Source: Albugo candida (lineage: Eukaryota). Taken from it: DNA of 64,000 nucleotides. The position numbers and the translations under genes are program-made. Where the stretch lies: the NCBI GenBank assembly GCA_040437565.1, contig JBDOQK010000020.1, forward strand, positions 372,001-436,000. Direction: 5' to 3'. Shown here piece by piece: positions 25,801 to 40,036 of the stretch. Within the stretch, counting starts at the first letter, position 1; each line of letters begins with the position of its first letter. The notes below the pieces were generated by a model. That model had not been told where the DNA came from. It did not search any database and saw only the letters and a list, made by a program, of their open reading frames with translations.

Positions 25801-28800
25801 TGGTTCAAAATCTCTTTGTCGGACCACGGAGCTCCGCTTTCTGAGGAGATCTGCAGCAGACATGCGCTTATAGCACTATCGGATGAATCCCATGGCACAC
25901 GTGAGTACTGACGCTCTGCAACTCGACGTACTTCCGACTGAATTGTCGTCAGAAACACTTCCATAAGCGATTGAGTCGATGTATTCCCTTCACAATCGGA
26001 ACGGGAATCCAGCTGCAGTGCAGAACGCATCGAACACGCCAATAGACTCAGTAATTGTCGTCCAGAAGCACCACCAGTCGACAGCAATAAGCCGATATCA
26101 ACATCTTCCGATATTCCCGATGGACTCACTGGAGAAGCAATCGCACTTTGTCCCGTCGATCCAGCAACGAGTTTGACAAATTCCAGCAGTAAGGATGCTT
26201 CACTGACACTTTTACTCGCTTGATCGGGCTTTACAAGCGAAGATAAAGTGAATGGTCCGACGTGAGATGTTGGCCACTTGGCCAGAAGCGTCAGAACCGT
26301 TCTTCGAGCATGTAAGATCGCCAGTGAGCGACTAATTAGCAATAGCTCCATATAGATACGATCATCTGAAATCGACTTGAGTTCGGCAAGAACGTCGGAT
26401 TTGATGCTTCCAGCTGCTGCACTGGATCGCGTATGTCCAGCAGACCCTCGTAACATTGTCGGCATATGTGAATCACGATTGAAATACCGACCTTCACTGA
26501 AGTAATTCTCATCTCCAATCGCTTCTTCCAACGCATCTTCCCTCAGTCCAATGACACCAAAGCCTTTGATTGTTTCAATTGGCACATGAAGCTCATGCAC
26601 ATACGTCGTCAATGCTTCTAACATCGGTTTAAAGCCCGGTGGTGGAGGATATTTGAATGGTTTGCTCCCGAGATTGAATTGAAGTCGCTCGCGACGATTA
26701 AAGCTCGCACACGGATACAGCCCACCGATGAAATCAATCGAACGAAATGCGACTCCCATGTTTACCGATCGCATCTTCCCATTCAGAGTGAATATAATAG
26801 CACCGGAATCAGCATCCACACCACATCCGACGACATCTCCTTGGTTCCATTTTGAGCCCCACGGAGAAGATTGCCCGTGCCACTTTTGCTGTCTCCAGCC
26901 GTCATACGCCCACGAATGTGGTCCGTCTCCAACGCCATCTCCACGATCTGCTGCTCCACAGAATGCAGTATCAGCCCATCCAATCTGAATACATCCGTTC
27001 GTGTGAAGAACTGCTTCATAATACCATCGACCTGACGACACCATACAGTCCGGAGCTCCAACGCTGGCAAATCCTCCACCGACCAATCCTTCGACCATCA
27101 GGGTGCTTTCATTGATCGATGCTTGCCCACTAACGAGTCGTAACGGATTGGGACCCAAAGAAAAAGTACACTTGTCCTCTGTTTCGACTTGATCGTTACT
27201 TCCTTGTGTCTTTGAGATCTCCTCACGACGATCTTCAGCTTCCAATATCTCTCCATTCGATAGAATCCACGTCAACGCTGCGTCCACATTATTCCGATTC
27301 GCGGCCAGAGCTTTCTTGCACCAATGTGCAGGAAATCCCATCTCTGACAATTGTTCCAATAAAGGAACCACATCTTTATCGTCTCGTCGATGGAGTAAGT
27401 CGCTTTCACCGCCTTCTTTGGTCGCTTTGTACTGAGCCAAAAGTCGTTCCATGTCACTGCTATGCTCAAAGCAGAAATTAATCGCAGCCTCCACGTTGTT
27501 TGCACACTTGGCCAATGCGATCTCACACCACTCTTTCGGGAAGCCCATCTCCATCATCTGTTGCACCAATGGAACGGNNNNNNNNNNNNNNNNNNNNNNN
27601 NNNNNNNNNNNNNNNNNNNNNNNNNNNNNNNNNNNNNNNNNNNNNNNNNNNNNNNNNNNNNNNNNNNNNNNNNNNNNGACGCAGCGTTGACGTGGATTCT
27701 ATCGAATGGAGAGATATTGGAAGCTGAAGATCGTCGTGAGGAGATCTTCAGCTTCCAATATCTCTCCATTCGATAGAATCCACGTCAACGCTGCGTCCAC
27801 ATTATTCCGATTCGCGGCCAGAGCTTTCTTGCACCAATGTGCAGGAAATCCCATCTCTGACAATTGTTCCAATAAAGGAACCACATCTTTATCGTCTCGT
27901 CGATGGAGTAAGTCGCTTTCACCGCCTTCTTTGGTCGCTTTGTACTGAGCCAAAAGTCGTTCCATGTCACTGCTATGCTCAAAGCAGAAATTAATCGCAG
28001 CCTCCACGTTGTTTGCACACTTGGCCAATGCGATCTCACACCACTCTTTCGGGAAGCCCATCTCCATCATCTGTTGCACCAATGGAACGGGAGCAATGTT
28101 GCCAGACTCGAGTTCTTCTGGTTCTGTGGATGCTTTCTCATTCTTACACTTGTTCGCCGTTCGGATCTTGATCCATCGAGACCACAGGTACAGCCAGCTT
28201 TCCTCCAATGTCACCAAATCAGCAAGACCTCCCGTTGGTGTCTCAAGATTCGAGATCGTAAACAGTTTTTCCAAACCGCTTACTCCAACGCCGTTGACAA
28301 ACACCGCAGCACATTTCTTATTGTTGAGAAAATTCGCCATACTTCGAGTTCCTTGCTGACACAGAAGCATGCGATTCAGCTGATATTCACGCTCCATCTC
28401 TGCGCCAATATCGGTACTATCGATCGTTCGTGCTTTTCTATCGCTATCCTTTGCATGTTTATCCGTCACACACGTTCGTGCTACCGGAGACGCACTCTCC
28501 GACTCGACTTCTGATTCTGCTTCATCTAATCCAGCACTCGCCATTTCGCTGTCAATTGCAGACGGTGTGGCAGACCCATCATTCGACATGTCATCGTCGT
28601 CATTATCTTCGGTGAGATCGATATTTCTTCCAAAATCGCTTTGTTTCACTTCTGCAACGCTTCTCATTATCTCTTCCGCATAGAATTTGAATTTATGAAC
28701 AAGTAATTCCTCCAGCACATTCGTTGTGATCTCATCGATATTCAGATCGATTTCCGGGACACAAACGAGATCATCGACTGCGACGCGTATCGGGCGAGAC

Positions 28801-31800
28801 TATGAAAAAGACAAGTGAGGCTCAAGCTGTTAAAGGAACATGCGTCTTACCGAAAACGTATTCCCCGACGTATCCGACTCTGTCGACCGAATGGACCCCA
28901 CAACGATCTGTGCAGTAGCTTTATCCGCTTCGTACTCCACGATCGTTCCTTTCACACCGCGTAATGCAGACTCGTGGATAGATGAGCCTCCGCGTGGGAT
29001 GATTTTTACTGTTGCACCGACTTGCATGGGAACGATGTATCCTTCCAGGACCGAGAGTGCACNNNNNNNNNNNNNNNNNNNNNNNNNNNNNNNNNNNNNN
29101 NNNNNNNNNNNNNNNNNNNNNNNNNNNNNNNNNNNNNNNNNNNNNNNNNNNNNNNNNNNNNNAGCAATGTTGCCAGACTCGAGTTCTTCTGGTTCTGTGG
29201 ATGCTTTCTCATTCTTACACTTGTTCGCCGTTCGGATCTTGATCCATCGAGACCACAGGTACAGCCAGCTTTCCTCCAATGTCACCAAATCAGCAAGACC
29301 TCCCGTTGGTGTCTCAAGATTCGAGATCGTAAACAGTTTTTCCAAACCGCTTACTCCAACGCCGTTGACAAACACCGCAGCACATTTCTTATTGTTGAGA
29401 AAATTCGCCATACTTCGAGTTCCTTGCTGACACAGAAGCATGCGATTCAGCTGATATTCACGCTCCATCTCTGCGCCAATATCGGTACTATCGATCGTTC
29501 GTGCTTTTCTATCGCTATCCTTTGCATGTTTATCCGTCACACACGTTCGTGCTACCGGAGACGCACTCTCCGACTCGACTTCTGATTCTGCTTCATCTAA
29601 TCCAGCACTCGCCATTTCGCTGTCAATTGCAGACGGTGTGGCAGACCCATCATTCGACATGTCATCGTCGTCATTATCTTCGGTGAGATCGATATTTCTT
29701 CCAAAATCGCTTTGTTTCACTTCTGCAACGCTTCTCATTATCTCTTCCGCATAGAATTTGAATTTATGAACAAGTAATTCCTCCAGCACATTCGTTGTGA
29801 TCTCATCGATATTCAGATCGATTTCCGGGACACAAACGAGATCATCGACTGCGACGCGTATCGGGCGAGACTATGAAAAAGACAAGTGAGGCTCAAGCTG
29901 TTAAAGGAACATGCGTCTTACCGAAAACGTATTCCCCGACGTATCCGACTCTGTCGACCGAATGGACCCCACAACGATCTGTGCAGTAGCTTTATCCGCT
30001 TCGTACTCCACGATCGTTCCTTTCACACCGCGTAATGCAGACTCGTGGATAGATGAGCCTCCGCGTGGGATGATTTTTACTGTTGCACCGACTTGCATGG
30101 GAACGATGTATCCTTCCAGGACCGAGAGTGCACAAAGTGCTTTACGATACGATTGCTCGGACGTGTGCCATTCCAATCGAGTTGGGAGTTCCAAGCCTGC
30201 AGTGTCTTCCATTTCCACGTCCGAGTCCGCGTTTCGGGAACCACGAGCTCGAGACACATCGACTTTGATATTGTCGATCTTTGGTGAAGCGTGTACGCCC
30301 TGAAGAGCGTTTAAAACCGCGCGATTCATATGAGGTGCCCATTTCGATGAGTCGTATAACGACTTGAGCAACAAAATGACTTCGGTGCCCAATGTATCGT
30401 GGAATTCGTGGCTGATCGAGAGTCTGGTTTGCTCGCTGCCAGAGACTGGCTGTAGCATTCCTTCCGCCATACTCGGCGGAATCAGCGAAGCCACCACATC
30501 GAAAAAGTAAGCCAGCAACATTGCGACATTCTCTGAGGTTTCATTGGCACAATCGACTTCTTCATCGCTGTCAAAATCCAAAATGTCTCCTTCCACGGCG
30601 ATAGGATACGTTTGAAATGTGATCACGGAAGGATCCAGCGTCGGCAATAAACGTCGAAGTAGTTTAAGGATTCTTCTTCGAATGTTTGTGGACTGTAAGC
30701 TCACAAGAGATAGAAGCAGCTTGAGCCAACGCGATGCCGACAAATGCGAACGACACACGGGAGAGCCACTGACAGAGTACAAAAGCGAGCAGATTTGGTA
30801 GCAATACTCCAGCGATTCGGACTTTATAGACACTTGTTTCCCAAGTTTCACTGCTGGACTCGAGTCGTAAAGCGTGAAAAAAGTGGAATCTTCATCGTGA
30901 GCGATTGCACGCACCACATTCTTCAGCTCAGTAAACAGCATATTGAACACTGATTTGCCCAACGTCTCTGGCCCTGAAGGCTTGCGAACGAGTGGAATAG
31001 AGCCTAGACCTTGTGCGTTGAGACCAGCTGGAGGTAATGTTGGGTGCGTGTCACCTGCTTGTGCGACTTGAGCGGCAAGCAGATGAACAACCTTGAGTCC
31101 AGCCTGTACAACTTTCTTTCGTGCTTCCAATACAAGCGTTCGCGCATCGATTCTTTCAGGCTTTTCAATCGCAGAGACATTATCAGCTGTTCGTGCTTCA
31201 TCTAGAACCGTTTGAAGAACACGAAAAATGCCGACTCGAGATAGAAATGCATGATCTTCAGGTCGAACAATGGTCCCCCACGCTTGTAAGATGACAAGCT
31301 GTAAGTCTGTGTCTTTGGCCCAAGTAGCTCTCGAGAGATTCGCACACAGAGATCCGTATAATGCTTCAAATGAATCTTGCATATCCTGCATCAGACGTCT
31401 TCCACAACCTCCTAAATCGTGGCCGTAGTATGCGGCCGGAACATGCTGTGATCCATTTTGATGCAAATGCATTGTTGTTTCGCCTGTAAAGCTCAGCAAA
31501 TCTCCGCCCGCATGGAGTCCAGTGGTATGTCGAAGCAATGGAGACAGCCAATGTATCGCACACGATTGTACAGCCGATGATAAGACTTCAGAACACGTAC
31601 TTCCAGCCGCTCTTTTCATGTCGCCCAAGAAGAATCGCATGGATCCAAAACCGATGATGCGGAAGAATGCTTTTGTCGCTTTCATCAACAACCTCGTCTG
31701 AAGGTGTGAGACACGTATGCGAGCTTCTACGAAACGGGACACTTGCATCAATGTCTCGGAACATATGCGTTCTGCAGCGTCAAACGCAGAGACTGGAATA

Positions 31801-34800
31801 ATTGCATTTGCTCCATTTCCTTCTTCGAGGTACATCGATACGGTCGTAGCTGCTGCAAGCGCACGATCACTTGGTTGTATTTCCAGCAGAAATTGGGCTT
31901 TGCGGATGATACGCTCTGCAACAGCGGCATACGTCGATCCTAAAGCATTTTTGGATCGAATTCCCCATTCTGTTACCCGCTGTGCCGCTCGCCAAATGTG
32001 CATCAGGTTTTCTTGAGGTCGTGTTTCGCTGTCAATAAAATCGGTACATCGTGCTTCTGCGACGCGTTTGACAATCGGAAGGAAACCACTGTGCCATATC
32101 ATCGCCGCACATACTGTTCGTCGAGCGACTTTGAACGACTCGCCTCCGATTCTCGTTATCGGTGATTCTCCAACATGACGAGATACCCAGCGATCAATGT
32201 TGGCGGCGATTCCGTTCGCTGTGATAAACTGTTGTAAGAACGGATCTTTGATGATGTGCATCTCGTTTGGGCCTTCGTGGTGCTTGATAAAGCTTGGACA
32301 TACTGCTTCAAGCCACATCGTGCTCATTTGATTCAAAGGCGAGGTTGCTGGGAAGCCTTTATTGCTTTTGGTGAAGCTTCCAAGCTGCATTACGAGACGA
32401 TTGAGATGCGTTTTGATCACACTGTCTGCAAGACCTCCACTAAAAAGGCTGCTCTTGGTCCATTCTTCATATTCATCGACATGATTCGCTTGGTCGGCAT
32501 TTGGCTTTGCCATTGTCGTTTCTGGGGAATCATCGTCGCGATCTTCCAATTCAGTCGCCACCTCCGTCAGAATATCATCGTTCACGGACAATTGCATCAA
32601 TTCATGGCTCATACGCCCAAATAAATTCGATACGATCATCTCGAGGACCACGAGCTTGTTCAGATCTTTTTCTGATGAAGGTTTCTCATCGTCAGACCCA
32701 ACTTTTCCGCCCACAATGCTGCCACACGTTTGACCTTTCGCGTCCTCATAGCTTCCATGAAACGCTTTTCCATCCGTTCGTAGCCTTCCTTCGACAAAAC
32801 AGGTCCCACTTTGCCTCCACGTCTCAATAAAGCAAACTTTTGTGCCACGTACAGCTCCATTCAACGTCACGGAAGCAAATGAGCCATTACCTCGTCCAGC
32901 TATGATCCCACGGTCCGACTGAGTCAGCGTCAAGTGATACTGCTGTGCTGGAATACTTCCTGTAGCCATGCTCTTCAGCTCCCATTCACCCTCGACATTC
33001 AACGGCAATTGTGAGTCCAAAGAGCTTTGTGTATCAAATGATTCACGAGCGATACGGATGACTGCTTCCAGGCTCTGGATACAGCAAATTGTCCATGGAA
33101 TCATTTGCAGAGCGATTGTGGCAGATAGCCCATGATATGTCCTTACAAGCGTGAGCGACGCTGTCAATGGCGCCAACAGAGATCCCAATAACGGGTTCTT
33201 CATCACGTTTTCGATCTCTTCTTTTTTTCCAGCTCCCCGCATGACAGAATTCATCACAATACAGCAAGACTCCATCAACAGAGACGTGTGATGCACAAAA
33301 GGAGCCAAGACAGCTGGAACAGATACTGAATTCGGTAGATTCAATAGCGAGCTCTCGGCATCCGACTTGATGTGAATGGATTGCACCGGTAAAATCGTCA
33401 CTTGGTCATCTCTTTGATACAAACCAATCGACGGATACAGAGTTCCGTGCTGCGTCAATCCATCAAACGCTATTCCCCAGTCGGAATCATCCAAACCAAA
33501 TGAGAGAGCACCGCTGTCCGTATTCAATCGTACTCGGACCGTACTTCCAGTGCTATAACCATCACCGTAATCGCCACGTACTTTGCTCCGATTATGCCAC
33601 AATGCTCTCGTTCCGATCAATCCCCACCCTTGTCGATCTCCTCCAACATACGTAGCCACAGACGCGTCCCGCGTGCAAACGCCGAGGAATATATGACCCT
33701 TTTCACATCGATCCAAACGTACCGCCCACTCGTGGATTCCCGTGTTGGGTGCACAACCTGTGGTTGCCATCACCATTCCCCATTGCTTGGCTGTGTACTG
33801 CTTGGCTATTCGATTGTTCTTGGACAAGGTCATGGTCTCTGCGCACCGTGATGGATCAAATTCCAATGGTGAAGCTTCGTCTCCTCTTGAGCGAGACAGA
33901 CGATCGATAAGAAGATCTTGCAAAGCTCTCAGGAACAAAACTCTGGCATTTAGAGTCCACATATCTTCCTTCTTTCGTTTCTCGAGAATCGGGATAAGAG
34001 GAGCATGCAAAAGCTCATAATCGTCCTTGAAGGAGAAACTCGGCCACGAATCGGAATTGATGCTATTTCGAAGAAGATCTACCAATGCAGGCAGCGACTT
34101 AATGCATTCCAACGCGTCGGCTTCCTTCTGTTTGAGGTGACTATAAGTGTGCTCATAGGCCATCGCCAAAAGTTCGTTGCTTCTTGCATCGTTTCCAGGA
34201 TGAATGGACACACCAGAGCCTTCCAAGTACCCACTTGGAGCATACTTTAGCATGAGATCATACAGACTGCGAGAAGATACTTCTCCGGCCACAAGTGCCT
34301 TCCTGACTGCCTCGGGACTCCAATGGAGAGATTGCTTACTTCCCTGTCTTGCCAAAACGGTCTGCACGATTGTATCGTCTATGAATTCGTCTTGATCGAC
34401 TTCACTTGCACCGTTTCCTTCCAAAATATCAGGACACTGAGGGACGAACATCTGAGCCAGATCTGGGAGCGATAAACGTGCACATAGAATATCGACTTGA
34501 TGAAATCGAGTCAAGTGCTCAGGCCGCGGTGCTCCACATTTCACTAACTCTATGCATTCACTCAGTGCACCACATACAGCTCGATACGTTTCTGATTGAC
34601 TTTTGTAAAAGTAGCCAATCGACCTCGCCCACGTCGATAACGCTGCTTCCCCGATGCGTTTCCAGTAATAGTACGCTGCTTTATCAACGTTTTCAGTCGA
34701 GCATTCCGATTCGGGTATGAAAATGAGTGAGTGGAGTACGTCTTCTTGATCCAAAGCACAGTCTGATCGTGTCTGTTCCATCAAATCAACGACGTGTCGA

Positions 34801-37800
34801 TGCATATTGTCCACGAGATGGTTTGAATTGTTTTTATTCCCTGTTGCAGCATCGACGCAGCTCGTGCTTTGACCAAGTCCGACTGAAGCAGGTGACAAGC
34901 CAACAACGTCAATGTGGAAAAGGTTGCATTCCAGTACTCTCAGTACGATCAAATGACCACAGGACTGAAATAATCTCCATTTTGCCGCTTTGTAATGCTT
35001 TTTTTCATGCATAAACGCCACCTGGAGATCATCCAGAATTGAATTGATTAGCATGAACACCATCGGATGAGGCTGTATGAAGTTTTCATTCGTGAGTGAC
35101 CCTTTTCTTGCCGCTTCCAAGTAGCTGACACAGCGATCATTGATTTTTGCAAGGAGTGTCATTGCGGTAGTAAGTCCATCCGTGTGACTTGAAGCAGATA
35201 GTGAGAACGGTCCAAGAGCCAGAAATTCGGAGGAACTGAATGCTGCTGGTCTTACAGGCTGCTTCGTTGGACTTTGGTGATTGATCCCATCTTGTGGTTC
35301 CAAAGCCTCTCCCATATCGGGCTGTTCTTTTAACGCAATTTCAGGAGATAAGGACAGAGCGATCGCTCGTGCCATAAGTGCATCTTCATCGGCTATCTCC
35401 TCGTCGTTGGTTTCGTGACTCGTGGAATCGTGAGCGTGCAATCGATCTTCATGTTCTTTTTCCTCCGAAATTTGACAATCGTGTTCGCTGATTTCTACAA
35501 CTGCTATATCGTCTCTCCTCTCTTCTTCGAAAAATCCTTCGTCACTTCTATGAGACGATGCAGGCAGTAAATGCAATTTCTTCTCGTTTTTATCGAGTAG
35601 CTCGCTTTTCTCCGATAAAGTGCAAAGTAATTTTCCTTCGGGAGCTTTNNNNNNNNNNNNNNNNNNNNNNNNNNNNNNNNNNNNNNNNNNNNNNNNNNNN
35701 NNNNNNNNNNNNNNNNNNNNNNNNNNNNNNNNNNNNNNNNNNNNNNNNTTGAGGTGACTATAAGTGTGCTCATAGGCCATCGCCAAAAGTTCGTTGCTTC
35801 TTGCATCGTTTCCAGGATGAATGGACACACCAGAGCCTTCCAAGTACCCACTTGGAGCATACTTTAGCATGAGATCATACAGACTGCGAGAAGATACTTC
35901 TCCGGCCACAAGTGCCTTCCTGACTGCCTCGGGACTCCAATGGAGAGATTGCTTACTTCCCTGTCTTGCCAAAACGGTCTGCACGATTGTATCGTCTATG
36001 AATTCGTCTTGATCGACTTCACTTGCACCGTTTCCTTCCAAAATATCAGGACACTGAGGGACGAACATCTGAGCCAGATCTGGGAGCGATAAACGTGCAC
36101 ATAGAATATCGACTTGATGAAATCGAGTCAAGTGCTCAGGCCGCGGTGCTCCACATTTCACTAACTCTATGCATTCACTCAGTGCACCACATACAGCTCG
36201 ATACGTTTCTGATTGACTTTTGTAAAAGTAGCCAATCGACCTCGCCCACGTCGATAACGCTGCTTCCCCGATGCGTTTCCAGTAATAGTACGCTGCTTTA
36301 TCAACGTTTTCAGTCGAGCATTCCGATTCGGGTATGAAAATGAGTGAGTGGAGTACGTCTTCTTGATCCAAAGCACAGTCTGATCGTGTCTGTTCCATCA
36401 AATCAACGACGTGTCGATGCATATTGTCCACGAGATGGTTTGAATTGTTTTTATTCCCTGTTGCAGCATCGACGCAGCTCGTGCTTTGACCAAGTCCGAC
36501 TGAAGCAGGTGACAAGCCAACAACGTCAATGTGGAAAAGGTTGCATTCCAGTACTCTCAGTACGATCAAATGACCACAGGACTGAAATAATCTCCATTTT
36601 GCCGCTTTGTAATGCTTTTTTTCATGCATAAACGCCACCTGGAGATCATCCAGAATTGAATTGATTAGCATGAACACCATCGGATGAGGCTGTATGAAGT
36701 TTTCATTCGTGAGTGACCCTTTTCTTGCCGCTTCCAAGTAGCTGACACAGCGATCATTGATTTTTGCAAGGAGTGTCATTGCGGTAGTAAGTCCATCCGT
36801 GTGACTTGAAGCAGATAGTGAGAACGGTCCAAGAGCCAGAAATTCGGAGGAACTGAATGCTGCTGGTCTTACAGGCTGCTTCGTTGGACTTTGGTGATTG
36901 ATCCCATCTTGTGGTTCCAAAGCCTCTCCCATATCGGGCTGTTCTTTTAACGCAATTTCAGGAGATAAGGACAGAGCGATCGCTCGTGCCATAAGTGCAT
37001 CTTCATCGGCTATCTCCTCGTCGTTGGTTTCGTGACTCGTGGAATCGTGAGCGTGCAATCGATCTTCATGTTCTTTTTCCTCCGAAATTTGACAATCGTG
37101 TTCGCTGATTTCTACAACTGCTATATCGTCTCTCCTCTCTTCTTCGAAAAATCCTTCGTCACTTCTATGAGACGATGCAGGCAGTAAATGCAATTTCTTC
37201 TCGTTTTTATCGAGTAGCTCGCTTTTCTCCGATAAAGTGCAAAGTAATTTTCCTTCGGGAGCTTTTCCACCCTTCAGAACACGCAAGTGAGATGCAATTG
37301 GTAGCGTATTTCCGTCTTTAATGTGATCTGTCTGACGTGTGAACCACAAAACCATTTTTGTAGCCAGTAAAAGAGCTTGCAGAGATTCATCCTGTATGGC
37401 TTTTGCCACAAATTTTGCAACATCCATCCGAAGTTCCTCTGTTGATAAAGGCTCAGCAGCAAAGTCGGGAGTTAGCATCGGATTGGATGGAACAGAAGTC
37501 GGGTTTCCCAAATTACTTGACGACGACGACGAGGATGCAAAGTTGTTGGGCTTTTCTTTTCGTTCTCGATCTTTTCGTTTTTTCTTGCGGCGTTTGTCAC
37601 TTCGAGAATCCACTCCAGTGATTAATGGGTGACATTGAATCGCACCGAAAAGAGCTGGGTCACTTTCACGCAGCTCACTGAGTAGGCCATTGAACACACG
37701 ATCATCCAGACGCTCATGTAAAAGTTTCATATGCAATCGAAGTGCTTCCTCTTCCGGGCTCAAACATGTCGAATCGTTTTCCGCGATGCTGTACTTTGAA

Positions 37801-38419
37801 TGTTCGGTATCGTCAGGAGGGTCATCACCAGTCTCATTTCCCAGTTCTTCATCACGCTCGCTTTCCATCTCCTTGTCACGCGATGATTCTCTGATATTTC
37901 TACGGAGTTCGCGGGCGTGACGACTTTGGCTATTATTTCCCAATGCAAATTCGATATCGGACTTGGCCTCCATGAAAAAGCGAGCTAGTTCCTCGACTCT
38001 TTGTTTCCTCGCAGCATCCACATGAACTCTCTCCAAATCCTGTCGATGATTTACACCCTTGTTATTGGTAATGCCGATACTTGAAGCTCCGCTGTGCGAT
38101 TTGAGCAAATTCGAATGATCCAAACTCGGCTTCTCCAGCTCACGCTGCAGCCTGACGGGTTCCGCTCTTCCACCGCTTGTTATATGCGTAAATGAGTCCA
38201 GTGTGATCATATGATGCCTATCGTTGCAAATTGAAGCCAATTCGCTCTACGAAATGGAAGTAAATAAACATATAGAAAAAGTGTTTGAAGAATCTGACGA
38301 ACCATAAGACGCGCATAACGATTGTCCATATTTCCTTTGGATTGGATGTCCTGGATCTCATGCAAAACGCTCGCCTGTCGGGTTAGACGAACTTGATTTA
38401 GTCCCGATGTGCTGGACAT
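19883..38419 (-). CDS. Giant HECT E3 ubiquitin ligase (UIM, three SPRY, two UBA, MIB/HERC2, HECT); introns 38247-38302 and 29871-29921; interrupted by four gaps with overlaps
   Basis: HECT motifs FLGEGVNDYGGPYR and LPHAQTCFFSLSLPAY (catalytic Cys). MIB-HERC2 VGSRVIRGPDWKWRDQDGG; UBA MEMGFP and LSEMGFP; SPRY GRWYYE, GIHEWAV and GVYYWEV. Removing overlaps (1270+513+1071+1617 nt) and two introns leaves 13959 nt = 4653 codons in frame. Confidence 0.92.
27678..27797. repeat. Perfect 55-bp inverted repeat (fold-back) at contig start; likely chimeric artefact
   Basis: Arms 27678-27732 and 27743-27797 with a 10-nt loop. Absent from the other copy of this sequence near 27230. Confidence 0.85.
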
Positions 38420-40036
38420 TGAGGATAATGCGATTGCGTGTCCACTACTAGTAACTTAGATGTAAGTCTCGCTATTACGAAGCGTAGTTGTGCAAGGGAA
38501 TGACAAACCGTATTGATTTGGCAGCAAATTGTTGGTCGGATATGGATTCTTCTCCCTTCTTTTTTCGGAATATCCTCCNNNNNNNNNNNNNNNNNNNNNN
38601 NNNNNNNNNNNNNNNNNNNNNNNNNNNNNNNNNNNNNNNNNNNNNNNNNNNNNNNNNNNNNNNNNNNNNNNNNNNNNNTCCCTTCTTTTTTCGGAATATC
38701 CTCCCGAATGCACCTTTGTTACTCGCTTAGGTACGGAGATATTTGATCAATTGTATGCAATGTTGACGCGCTGGAAACGATTGTTCACTCGAGTTTCGAA
38801 ATATAAGCTGACTTTGTGACTAGACAGATACGTGAGAGGGCACATTTGTGTCAGAATAGTGCTGAGTATGATGCATCTACTGAATTGAAAAAAACGCTTT
38901 AAGTAGTGCGTCAGTAACGTATCCGTTCGTCGATGCATACCTGTTTGATTATGCACGCTGCGGTGAAGAAAAGCAGCAGTCATAGAAAATTGAAACGGAC
39001 ACAAAGAGAGCATTAAAGACAACAAGGTTTTGGTATCAAAAGGTGGCAATTGAAGTCTAAGACGAGAATTTTACTTTTATTTCGCTCATTTTGGACCACC
39101 AAATCCTTTCATACCTCTGCTGATTATATAAATCCAATTTTTAGTTTCTTGCTCAAAATAGCGTAGCGGAACAGTGTCTTTCAAAATCTGCGATGAAGCT
39201 ATCATATGGCATGATTGGCCTGACTCAGCTATTACCAATTAAGTCCACGTTCAAAGTGCTTTGCAAACGTCATACGACCATCAAACATGAAAACAATACG
39301 TTCTTTAAACTCTATCTTCATGCAAGAGCCTATAAAATCTCCTACATCACCAAATCGTTCCTGAACCCGACATGCTTGGCGCTCTCTGATCACTCTGACG
39401 CTAAAGAACCATCCAGGTAGATGCCAGGAGTAGAAAATTGTAGCAGCTATTCGCGAAAATGTCTGCCGGCGCAACAAGTCTATTCATAAAACTGATGGGC
39501 GCTACTCTCATTTTATATACAGTCGATATACGACACTGTGACTCATCTAACAGCCAATGAATTTACATTATTGCGCTGTATACAGCGCACAGAAGAATGA
39601 TGTGTAGTGAGTAATACTCGTCACACTCTATGCATCTTCTGAGTGTAAAAGCGCAGCGTCAGAATATGGAATTTTTACAGCGGGTGTTGTGTCATAAAGA
39701 CCAACGAATGAGCTATTCTGTTTCTCCAATGTAAGTAGGCTGTATAGAATTAGGACAGCCCGAGTAAGCAGTGGGTAGTGCACGATCACTCGAACCCTGC
39801 GAGTGAAGTCGAACACAGTGGACCAACGATAGTATATTGTTCATTACACTGTAGTTTGTCTCAGCTATAGACTCATCAGTAGGTGTGAGTAGGGATCATA
39901 CCTGCAAAAACAGTAATGGTGAAATTGAGTAGCTGGCATGCAACGAGGCGAATACGAGCGAATGTTGACAGAAGCTCATTATCCAATTTGAACACTACGA
40001 ATCAGCCAAACACAATTCAAAACACTACAAAATAGG

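Noticed and set aside
34132-37265. ~500-aa internal tandem repeat in the 2779-aa ORF
   Set aside because: The 1617-nt offset (overlap plus gap) is a multiple of 3, so the ORF caller read through the gap; artefact.
39589-39830. Imperfect hairpin with C/D-box-like words and a nearby B-box-like GGTTCGA
   Set aside because: Pairing is weak, the element is too short for a snoRNA, and no tRNA cloverleaf can be formed.
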